A stretch of DNA of 63,816 nt, counting the filler, from Dicyema japonicum (Eukaryota; Animalia; Dicyemida): NCBI GenBank assembly GCA_011109175.1. It is 5 parts of 5 records of this genome, joined end to end, with 100 filler letters (N's around TTAATTAATTAA, not from the genome) between each part and the next. Parts side by side here need not be neighbours in the genome. Positions count along the whole stretch, not along the records: positions 52,854 to 61,321 come from RDEW01000256.1; positions 61,422 to 63,816 come from RDEW01000040.1; 3 more parts are not named here. One strand, given 5' to 3'. The position numbers and the translations under genes were made by a program. The number at the start of each line of letters is the position of its first letter. The stretch's first letter is position 1. Positions 52,860 through 63,816 of the stretch are shown here, piece by piece. Below the pieces are notes generated by a model that did no database searches, was not told the origin of the DNA, and was given only the letters and a program-made list of their open reading frames with translations.

Positions 52860-54045
52860 AATTTTGAAATAGAATGTATAAAATCGTTTTAGACATCTTG
52901 AAAATACGAAAATTCCAGTAAAAAACTTGAATAATAATCTTAAAAATCCTTGATTATTCCCATATCCAAAGGTTGTAAATAAGGCGTTGTATTTTTCGGT
53001 AAAAATAAAAATTCACTATTTGAACATTCAACAGTTTTATAGGATCCCACATTGTCAAGTAACAATAATATTTTTCTGTTGTGTTTGCAAAAAAATTCAT
53101 TTATTAGCGTAAGCCAACTCATAAAAGTCTTTCCAGTCATCCATGCATTTTTAGAAGACGAATACAATAACCCAAACTCTTGGCATCCAAATTTTTTAGG
53201 CACCGAGGTTTTTATACTTTCCAATAATTAACGGATCAAGTTTTTCCCCAATTATACAGCATAGAAGAATAGTGAGTCGTTCTTTTCTTTGTTTATAGCC
53301 GAAACACGGTTCGCCTTTTTCAACAAATGATTTTTGGGGAGTTCTTTTTAATAAAAAGTACGGTTTTCATCGCATTTAAGTACATTTTCAGGTCCATATT
53401 TTTGTACTTTCACGTCGAATTTTTCAAAATTATCTTTTACGTGAGATAATTCGCATGAGGCCTTTACTCTACATATTGACTTGAATTGAAGCTCATGTCG
53501 TAATTTAAATCTATCAAGCCATCCATTGGAAGCTTTAAAAAAGTACATCCAATTTTGAAGCTGTAACTAAGGCGATTTTTTTCAAAATAGGGCCTGAAAT
53601 CGGAATTTTATCCACCCGAAGTTTTTGAAATATTTCAAAGACTCAAGGCGCTCCACTTCCTTCGCTCGCTCGGTCGACGGATATCAAGGATAAGACACGA
53701 TTCCAGAGAGTCATCTTGGCTCTTGGAACGTCTGTCGATCGCTGTGATCCGTGGGAATGGCTTTGCTATTCGCGAGGCTGACCGAGCGCCTCGTGAGGTC
53801 ATTAAACTCTCCCCCGTTTTGTTCGTTAAAAAAAAGATTCAATTGATCATTAATTTTTTTTCTGACGCCGTTAAATGTCTCATAAAGCTCTGAACTAGTA
53901 TTGCCGGTATGTAAGAAAGGTACAATATTTCGTTTGATTCTCGAAATAGTTCTTTTACTTGTCTTGTACTTGTGATTAGTTGCCTCTCAGATAAATTGTT
54001 CCTCAAAATTTCTTTAGCAATTTTCAATTTAGTTTCGTAATCCAT
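52860..54045 (-). mobile_element. Decayed pogo/Tigger transposase interrupted by a CRE-like fragment at ~53640-53790
   Basis: FKASNGWLDRFKLRH, CDE, NAWMT, LLLDN and LPKNTTPYLQPLDMGII (DDE_1 family). Confidence 0.9.
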
Positions 54046-54109
54046 GACCACAACAAAAAAAAAACTGAAATAAAACAAAGCCAAAATGTTGATTTTAAAA
54101 AAAGTGGCC

Positions 54110-55090
54110 CAAAATTCCGGGGTGCTCCACCCCTGGGGTCTGCCCATTTTGGGATCGGACTGTACTCAGTTCAATACCTATTTTCTGGAAGAACACAATG
54201 TGATAGATACGGTTAGAGATTACCCGCTGCAAGATACGGAAAATAAAATTATAGACTCTTACCGATCCATCGAGCTTCTCTCAAATAAAATGAATGGATA
54301 TTGCCGGAATTCTGTTTTTTTAGCTAATTCGTTAAGAATCAGCAACAAAACGTGCATGAAAATGGAAGTCCACAATTTCGAAACAAATAAACCCGGATAA
54401 TGTTATATCGATAATAGTTAAAAGCCGGCGGTGTTTGGTTATAGGCTCTTTCTTTCCCTTCCATCGGGAATCTGGTGGACAAGGATTGTCTAAGTATCGC
54501 AATTTCCCTCAGTGTTGGACTGAAGATCTGCCAGGCGCACAAATGCCGCTGTGGAGGAACTGTTGACGAATATGGTTTGCACCTTCTCGCTTGCCGTCGG
54601 AGTGCTGGTCGTGCCCCTCGCCACAGTGAACTCAACGCTATCATTCAGAGGGCCCTCGCTTCCGCTGGCGTCCCGTCAATCCTCGAACCAGTTGGGCTGG
54701 ATAGAGGAGACGGCAAACGCCCAGACGGCCTGTCCACCTTTCCTTACGACCAGGGGAAATCCCTTATTTGGGACTCCACCTGCTCAGACACATTCTCGCG
54801 TGGAAATCTCGCTCTGTCCGCTGTCGATCCTGGACACGCTTCGAGGCTGGCCGAGGATCGCAAGATTCTTAAGTACGGCCATCTTTCGAACTCGCTTTTT
54901 TTACTCCAATTGCTTTGGAGTTCTCTGGCATCTTTGGCCCCAAAACGCTCCGTTTCCTTCGCTTGCTCGGTCGACGGATATCAAGGATAAGACACGATTC
55001 GAGAGAGTCATCTTGGCTCTTGGAACGTCTGTCGATCGCTGTGATCCGTGGGAACGGCTTTGCTATTCGCCGCGTTTGTGAAGTGGCATA
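54110..55090 (+). mobile_element. 5'-truncated CRE-like LINE (CCHC knuckle + restriction-like endonuclease)
   Basis: CRCGGTVDEYGLHLLAC..RHSELN..EPVGLDRGDGKRPDG..LIWDSTCSDT. Confidence 0.9.
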
Positions 55091-55177
55091 ATACATTTCT
55101 ACCTCTGCTAATTAATATCGTTTCTTGCAGTAGATAATTAAGAATTATTTTTTTTAAATTAATAATTTTTATATTTT

Positions 55178-57011
55178 TTATAAATTTTCACAAAATGTGG
55201 AGTTCGGCAACATCGCTCTAAAAAACCTGATATTTCCACGACTATCTCCAGTTACAAACATTTCCCCATAGTATCCTATACCGCTACTGGAATATATCGA
55301 TTTTGAATAAAATCGAGCACAGGTGACAGTACTTGAATGTACTATAAAATGTATTTTAAAGCAGTACCAATTCCACATTCATAGTTTTTATTTTGTTTTT
55401 TTCTTAAAAAATTTGGGAACGATAATTTTTTACTAGAGTTCCAAATGTATACTCTGTTGTCTTCTGAACCGGAAATGATGTACTTGCCAGTGCAACTATT
55501 ATATTAAAAACAAATATAAAACTTGAACGATGCTCTGATATGACTATTTAAAGTGCATAATCCATTATATTTACAAATCATGGAAAGATCTTTCAAGTCG
55601 TACAACCGAATCCGAGAATCGTTGCATGAAATAAGAATCAAAAAATAAAAAATTAAATGGAAACCTTATTTGGATAACGTGGCATTTCAACGATTCCCAT
55701 TATGTTGGGAGCTCCTTCAACCTTAATTTTTGTGTAGTAACGAAGTCGCTTTAAGATTAAAAATAAACAAACCGATGAATGATAAAGCAAGCACGTTCCA
55801 GAATAAGTTCCAACTGCCACAAAAGCTTCACTGTCTTATCCATGGAAGAAGTAATCAAAAAATAGTTCTAAATCGGGCATTTAATATAAATATGTTACTA
55901 CTGACCAGGAGATTGAAAGTATCCCCGACTCGTGAGCTTCAAAAGAGATAAATGGTTTCTCAGAAAATGGAATCGAAGATGTTAAAATAATATTCTCTGA
56001 TGATATAGAATCTCTGGATGTCGACGTTAACGTATTTTTAGATACTTTATGAGACTGACAACTCGATTCATTGATTTTGCTCAGCGAAAAGTAAAACCTC
56101 AAATCTGAAATATTCTAAATCACTCAAAAACTTTCATGATCATATTCATCTTTTAAAAAATATTTTCTTTAAAAATGTTATTGGAAATGATTCACTATCC
56201 ACACATTAAGAATTCCGTCTTGACCACCACTTGCCTATGGAATGAGAATACAGAAATTAAAACCATGAACAGCCCACACGGTGAAAATTCCAAAGCCCAA
56301 ATCGCTCCCTTAAAATCATTCATTTAAATATACCGAATGACTTGAGGCGACAAATTGTACGCATTCTGCATTTTTAAAGTTCAGTTTCTTTATTTTAGCT
56401 TTAGGCTATGTTACATATGAAAGTTAAATCTTACTTTTTTGCAGTATACAAAGTCGTCACGGGTTAAAAAAGAATCGCTTTTATTATCTAAAAGATGATA
56501 AAATAAGTTGAAAACCTTTTTTATGTTGTTTAAACAAACTATAAAGAAAGCTGGGGAATATTTTTAAATGTTTTTAAAAGGAAATTTATACAAGAAATTT
56601 GGAACGTATAAGAGACTAAAATTTGTAAATATTGAAAAATAGTTACCTTTTTACCTTTTTAAGTTTTCGATGCATCAACTTTAGTCTTTCCTTCAATGTG
56701 ATCCCAAAAGTATGTTCGAATTTTGTATTGGTTTTTCAGAACATTGAGAGATTGATGAAAATCCACAATGGGATTCGCTAGACTAAAAAATATTAACAAA
56801 CCAATGTGTTTACCGAAGTACTTATTTCATCAAAATCAATCTCAGCAATATCAAGTGCGTTCATTTCAACACAAATTATTGTTCTATCGCAAAAATCCTA
56901 AATAATTGCAATTATCTTTTTCTATCGGTCGGATTATCCTATTTGGAAATATAATAATTTCTAACTTTAGATTTAAAAATAAAATTTCCTCTTAGGATTT
57001 ACAAGGAACAT
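55178..57011 (-). pseudogene. WDR44: WD repeat-containing protein 44 (Rab11-binding) homologue; multi-exon, apparently decayed (5' end approximate)
   Basis: Spliced exons read HSGAIWALEFSPCGLFMASGGQDGILNVW, SWS-NYFLITSSMDKTVKL, VGTYSGTC, NDSRIRLYDLKDLSMICKY, SGSEDNRVYIW and TGDSRGNIRFF. It has an internal deletion, an in-frame stop and a damaged acceptor. Confidence 0.85.
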
Positions 57012-57101
57012 TAACAAAATTAAAATAACATAAAAAAATTTCTGTTTATCAATAAAATAGTTTTTTTATATACACATATTTTAAGGGCATACAAGCTATT
57101 G

Positions 57102-58278
57102 CAGCGGTTCTCAACCGTGGTCCCCGGGGACCACTAATGGTCCCCAGAAAATTTTTAGTGGTCCCCAGAAATTTTGAAAAAATAAAATATATTAATGTTA
57201 AAACTAATTGTGTAATTAAGTATAAACCAAAAATTGAAATCGTCGTTTAGTCGGATTCTTACGTAAAATTTGGATTCACTAAATTTGTTACCTCAAATAA
57301 TGAAATGAAGGCAAAATGCATGATTTGCCGTATAATTTGATTTGCAGCTAAAGCTTGAATGGTTTAATAAATCACAATATAAACCGAGATTAGAAGCATC
57401 ATATGCTGTAATTTTTATTTATATCTAAAACAAATAGGTCTCAATTATTATTGCAAAAAACAAAGCTGCACATAATTCTGAGGAAAAGTTAATTAAACCA
57501 GCGGCTCTTGAAATGGCTCGAATTTTATTTGGTCCAGATGCAGTTACCAAGCTTAAAGATATACCATTATCCAACGATTCAATTTTCCGTAGAATTTCAG
57601 AATTGTCATGTGATATCCTGGACCAATTAATGAAACGAATCAGATGCAGGATAAGTATCTAATTGGACTAGTCAACTGACATTTTTAACATCTGTCAGCT
57701 TGTGTTTTATGTTCGCTTTGTTGATCATGTGAATATTATTGATGAATTTTTATTTTGTTTGGAGATGGATGGACACACTCGTGGAGGGGACATCTTTAAT
57801 ATTTTTGGCAATTTTATGAAGACGAATAAAATCCAATAAGATAAAGTTGGATCTATATGTACTGATGGTGCACCTGGGGTGATTGGCCATCAATATGGAC
57901 TTGTTACTCGTACTAAGGACTTAATTTTTGATATTGTTACAAGACTTGCACAAATATGCACTTTGTTCAAAAACTATGTGTTAGTAGTTAAGAGAAACAC
58001 TAAACACTGCTGTAAAAGCGATAAAATATATTCGAAGTAAATTTATTCTAAACAAACAAGATCAGAAATCTCACTGAATTACTGTTAGATTGTCTGTTAT
58101 TTTCATAATGTTCATGTTATTTGTATATAATAAATAGTCGAACATGTCTAAACCTGCCCCTGACAAGGCCAATAATTGTGCGCTAATACCAAAAAATGTT
58201 TATTTTATTTAAGGTGGTCCCCACAAAATTTTATAGTGAAAAAGTGGTCCCCAGTCTAAAAAAGGTTGAGAACCGCTG
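57102..58278 (+). mobile_element. Non-autonomous hAT (Buster/Charlie group) transposon, internally deleted
   Basis: Perfect 15-bp TIRs CAGCGGTTCTCAACC and a perfect 8-bp TSD AGCTATTG. Transposase remnants LIKPAA, IPLSNDSIFRRI and CTDGAP. Confidence 0.96.
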
Positions 58279-59196
58279 AGCTATTGCTAATTAGTGCATC
58301 AGCCTAAAAAGCTAACAAATNNNNNNNNNNNNNNNNNNNNNNNNNNNNNNNNNNNNNNNNNNNNNNNNNNNNNNNNNNNNNNNNNNNNNNNNNNNNNNNN
58401 NNNNNNNNNNNNNNNNNNNNNNNNNNNNNNNNNNNNNNNNNNNNNNNNNNNNNNNNNNNNNNNNNNNNNNNNNNNNNNNNNNNNNNNNNNNNNNNNNNNN
58501 NNNNNNNNNNNNNNNNNNNNNNNNNNNNNNNNNNNNNNNNNNNNNNNNNNNNNNNNNNNNNNNNNNNNNNNNNNNNNNNNNNNNNNNNNNNNNNNNNNNN
58601 NNNNNNNNNNNNNNNNNNNNNNNNNNNNNNNNNNNNNNNNNNNNNNNNNNNNNNNNNNNNNNNNNNNNNNNNNNNNNNNNNNNNNNNNNNNNNNNNNNNN
58701 NNNNNNNNNNNNNNNNNNNNNNNNNNNNNNNNNNNNNNNNNNNNNNNNNNNNNNNNNNNNNNNNNNNNNNNNNNNNNNNNNNNNNNNNNNNNNNNNNNNN
58801 NNNNNNNNNNNNNNNNNNNNNNNNNNNNNNNNNNNNNNNNNNNNNNNNNNNNNNNNNNNNNNNNNNNNNNNNNNNNNNNNNNNNNNNNNNNNNNNNNNNN
58901 NNNNNNNNNNNNNNNNNNNNNNNNNNNNNNNNNNNNNNNNNNNNNNNNNNNNNNNNNNNNNNNNNNNNNNNNNNNNNNNNNNNNNNNNNNNNNNNNNNNN
59001 NNNNNNNNNNNNNNNNNNNNNNNNNNNNNNNNNNNNNNNNNNNNNNNNNNNNNNNNNNNNNNNNNNNNNNNNNNNNNNNNNNNNNNNNNNNNNNNNNNNN
59101 NNNNNNNNNNNNNNNNNNNNNNNNNNNNNNNNNNNNNNNNNNNNNNNNNNNNNNNNNNNNNNNNNNNNNNNNNNNNNNNNNNNNNNNNNNNNNNNN

Positions 59197-59800
59197 AAAA
59201 TCTACTTAGAGCAAATAAAACAGTAGATGGCAGTAAAGTACTTGACTCTGTCAATTGAGAAGTGCACGCTCACTAGAGTATCAGCAAGAAGAAGTGCAAA
59301 AACCTTACCATATACGATTGAATCTATTCGGAGGTCCCAATCGTTTTTGTACCTGGGAGTCCAATTTTCTGAAAATGGAAGATGTGAGGAAGACATTATC
59401 CTAAGGAAAAAACGGTGTACACAAATGATCATATCCCTTATTAAATTTCGCCTACCTCCTGAGACAGTGCTATTCATTTTCCGAGTAGCCATTCTTCCTG
59501 TGCTGATGTATGGGCTGGAAGGGTGGATCGTGTCCCCTTCTAAGGCAAGAATTATTAAACTACTGGAAAAAACGAGGCGACTAGCGCTGAAGGTGGCCTT
59601 TGGCGTAAATCTACGGGAGCAAATACCGAGCTTTCAGGAAATTTTTCCTATGATTGGTGACCTTGTCGAAAGCCAGTTCCGAAAGTTTCTAGAGAAGAGA
59701 AGGAAATAGCGATGGGACGACTTTGTGAGTAAGGCCTCCTACTGGCCCTTAACTTTATGTCCGCTATCTCTTGTTGTGAAAATAAACCTATCTTTATCTT
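59197..59800 (+). mobile_element. LINE 3' end (RT thumb/C-terminus and UTR)
   Basis: FLYLGVQF..ILPVLMYGLEGW; ends AATAAACCTATCTTTATCTT. Confidence 0.8.
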
Positions 59801-60341
59801 AATGATAGAACACGACTCACAGATGAGAATTTATCGACTTTAATTTAAGTCGAGACTACGGGAATAATTGAGCCCGATAAATCAAAAATTGTATCGGAAA
59901 AAAGATGTCAATCATCCGGAAGTAGCTTTAAGCACGATTAAAAGATGGTGATTACATATTTAGATTTCCTTATTCTTGGTTTTTCATTAAAATAAACTAT
60001 CTTTCCTTGATGAAATAAATGCGGCCATCAAAGGGAAATTATTTTAAAACTCGGCCCTCGAAGCGGAATAAGTTTGACACCACTGTTCTAGGGACTGATG
60101 AATAAATTATATTTTTCTTTTAGAATTTGTGTATTACTTTATTACAGGTTGAGTTCTTTTTTAGAGACTAGTCAAATATCGACGACCAGTTTGTTTCTGT
60201 TCCTTCAGATTGTTTAAACAGGTCCTGTGAAGACAGTTTCTGTGTAATTAGAAATGTTTTAATTATTTTGTAATATATAATAAAATGGTTCAAATAGTCT
60301 CGACGACTAAAGAGTTGTGTGGTTTTCGATATAGCAGAAAT

Positions 60342-61087
60342 ATGTTCAAAAAGTGATAATAAAAATAAAATTTTAACATTAAATTTAATATAATTTACAA
60401 TAAAAACGCAGGTTTTCGCCTTCTGAGTGCGTAATTAGCATGAATATCGCCGGATCCACAACTCTTAGGTCGATAAGAGAACAGCTTATAAAATCCTATC
60501 CTCGATTTGTAGATGATTGGAAACAATTTTGCACAAAAAATCAAAAGCAAAACTCGTAAAATGGTAAAATGAATAAATATTTAGTTTTATTTAGTTCTGA
60601 TCACGTGGAAATAATAATCGACGAGGATGCTCACATTTGTTTTTTAAAATAAGAGACAAATTGTACCCCACATTGAGACTGCTGCACAGATGTATTTTCA
60701 TGTTTGTTAAAGTAGATCCGTTTTTTATTGCCTGAAATGCAAGTTGATCTCGGCGCTGTGCCTTTTATTTTTGGTGGGGCAAATGTCATGTGCCTGGCCT
60801 TACCTCTCCCGGGGGATCCATTTCGGACTTGCCAGCGGGCAGAATTGTCGTATCCTTTAAACTTTTTTAAAATTACTTAATATTATGCAGTTAATCTCCT
60901 AACTTTTATTCACTCAAAGTTGAGGACAAAGAACACTCGATTGCAATTGGTCGTACCAGGATGAGTAGTCAGGACATGTTTGGATTCTTTTTTTATAATT
61001 TCAAGTTTAAACATAAATAAAGGCGTTGCCATTGAGGTAATTCACTTTCTCGGTGATGGTCTTTGGAATGCTTCCTTTGATCTATAA
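60342..61087 (+). CDS. MCTS1: Malignant T-cell-amplified sequence 1 / Tma20 (PUA-domain translation reinitiation factor), 6 exons, with four 1-bp homopolymer indels
   Basis: Exons 60342-60352, 60412-60563, 60595-60691, 60716-60849, 60910-60977, 61006-61087. They read MFKKF, [36 protein letters not shown] and NKGVAIEVIHFLGDGLW. Corrected length is 181 aa. Confidence 0.92.
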
Positions 61088-61421
61088 ATTTCAGTTTTTT
61101 TATTTTTCTAAACAAATTCTTATTGATCAAATTAAGAATATTTAAAGATTGTAATCCGCCAGCAATCGTCGATTCAAAAACTGTTTTCATGTAATTCTCA
61201 ACATCGTAAATTGTCCGAGCCCCTTCCTTTTGATATGTAAAATAGTCCCCGTTGCCTTACGTTCTAAAAAGAAGACCCCTTTTTGTAGTTGTGTCGAATA
61301 AGTATTCGGAGTTTCATGTAANNNNNNNNNNNNNNNNNNNNNNNNNNNNNNNNNNNNNNNNNNNNTTAATTAATTAANNNNNNNNNNNNNNNNNNNNNNN
61401 NNNNNNNNNNNNNNNNNNNNN

Positions 61422-62160
<739 letters not shown>

Positions 62161-62460
62161 CATTCACGCGAAACTTGATACATGTACATTCTCGCTTCAA
62201 AATATCAAACTGTATTTATTTTAGTCGATTTCGCCGCGACATTAGCCTGGAGTTCTGCTCAATCAGATCCTCCAGAGAAGCCGGCCCGGAACGTTTGTTA
62301 TCGTGAGACCAACTTCCGAATGTGTTTTATCCATTCTTTTTTATCATCCGAAGCCATCAATTTAAATAAATTAGAAATGTGAAGATTTTTAAATTCTGTC
62401 TCGTTATCAGACTGTAAATATCGGCAAGGGCCATGATCCATGAAAATGTCATTTAATTTT

Positions 62461-62584
62461 TCAATTTTCTTGGTTATTAACTTTTATTGACCTCTATTCG
62501 AGATATGCCATCACAAGGAATCTTAAAAATAAATGTGGATATCTCGAATAGACATCAATAACAGCTAATAACCAAGAAAATTGA
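62461..62584. repeat. ~49-bp-stem imperfect hairpin
   Basis: TCAATTTTCTTGGTTATTAAC..CGAGATATGCCA pairs with TGGATATCTCG..AATAACCAAGAAAATTGA. Confidence 0.85.
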
Positions 62585-63099
62585 TCATTGTCATTTACAA
62601 ACTGCAGATAGTTTATTGATTTTATTGTCAAAAATTATACTATGCAAGCAAAATTTGATGTAAATCTTTCAAAAAAATAGGGAAATTGAATAAATAAGGA
62701 TGACAAATAAAAAAATAATATTGGTCGAAAATTTCAAATAAGTAAAAGANTCTATTCGAGATATGCCATCACAAGGAATCTTAATAATAAATGTGGATAT
62801 CTCGAATAGACATCAATAACAGCTAATAACCAAGAAAATTGATCATTGTCATTTACAAACTGCAAATAGTTTATTGATTTTATTGTCAAAAATTATACTA
62901 TGCAAGCAAAATTTGGTGTAAATCTTTTAAAAAAATGGGGATTTGAATAAATAAAAAAGACAAATAAAACAATAATATTGGTCGAAAATTTCAAATAAGC
63001 AAAAGAAACAGATTATAGGAATAAAGTCGAAAAATATTACAAAATGATGAAATTTCAAATAATTTAATCATTAAAAGAAGCTGTGAAATGGCGATGTCN

Positions 63100-63610
63100 G
63101 GAACTAATCAATCTATACTACTCTATCATTCTGAAATCAGGTGGCTTTCAAGGGGGAAAATTCTTTCAAAAATTTGTGAACTTTTTCCTGTGATCTCTTA
63201 TTGTTAGGTGTCAGATGGCGAAAGAATTCCCCATTTTGAGTAAAACTGCATTGGAATCAATACTTGCATTCCCCACTACTTATCACTGTGAAATAGCGAT
63301 GTCGTGTCTGACTTTTCTAAAAACAAAATATAGAAATAGACTACGGGTACAAGATGATATGCGACATAAGTAAAATTATTCTGAGCAAAAAGATCAGAAA
63401 TCTCACTAAATTACTATTAAATTTTCTGTTATTTTGATAATTTTCATGTTATTTTTATATAATAAATATTCGAACATGTCTAAACCTGCCCCTGACGAGA
63501 CCAAAAATTGTGCGCTAATAGCAAAAAATGTTTATTTTATTTAAGGTGGTCCCCACAAAATTTTATAGTGCAAAAGTGGTCCCCAGTCTAAAAAAAGTTG
63601 AGAACCGCTG
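63100..63610 (+). mobile_element. 3' end of the hAT family seen at 57102-58278
   Basis: Dimerisation motif FPTTYHCEIAMS..KTKYRNRL, the same subterminal sequence, and TIR GTTGAGAACCGCTG. Confidence 0.9.
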
Positions 63611-63816
63611 GTCTAGATTCTAGACTCTAGAACAGCTCATCATCTACTCACCATCCAGGTACGAGACCTTGAAACCAAGTTTTCCCTCCAACCATAGAAG
63701 GACATCCATCTGTGGCAATTAAAATCATTTTTGAAAGATCCAAATGTGCCTTTTCAAGGCAATTATAAAAACAATAGTTAAAATATGTAAAAAAAATTCT
63801 AACCATAAAAAGTTTA

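Noticed and set aside
58294-59254. Long ORFs of 310/316 aa (also 37868-38353)
   Set aside because: They consist almost entirely of N gap.
62493-63005. ~258-bp tandem duplication
   Set aside because: A single n sits exactly at the junction (62750), suggesting unmerged overlapping contig ends or alleles.

Overview
AT-rich eukaryotic genomic DNA, most likely from an animal with very short introns (most 21-31 nt). It is not prokaryotic. Four N50-TTAATTAATTAA-N38 spacers (26447, 41172, 52754, 61322) are artificial joins, so the window is probably five separate scaffolds. Transposon debris dominates: RTE, I/Jockey-like and CRE-like LINEs, a tRNA-headed SINE, and Tc1/IS630, pogo/Tigger, hAT/Buster and Ginger-like DNA transposons. 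The ORF track misses several spliced genes: two intact HP1-like (chromo + chromoshadow) genes in a 3.82-kb tandem array, two decayed HP1-like copies, a WDR44 pseudogene and an MCTS1 gene. A pair of core-2/I-branching GlcNAc-transferase genes sits in a ~12-kb palindrome. The most notable signals are a minor-spliceosome (U12)-type intron with an apparent GT-AT boundary in MCTS1, local HP1 amplification with amino-acid-biased divergence, the glycosyltransferase palindrome with complementary lesions, and a Tc1-like element whose terminal repeats are 21-bp minisatellites. All calls are by eye; no searches were run.
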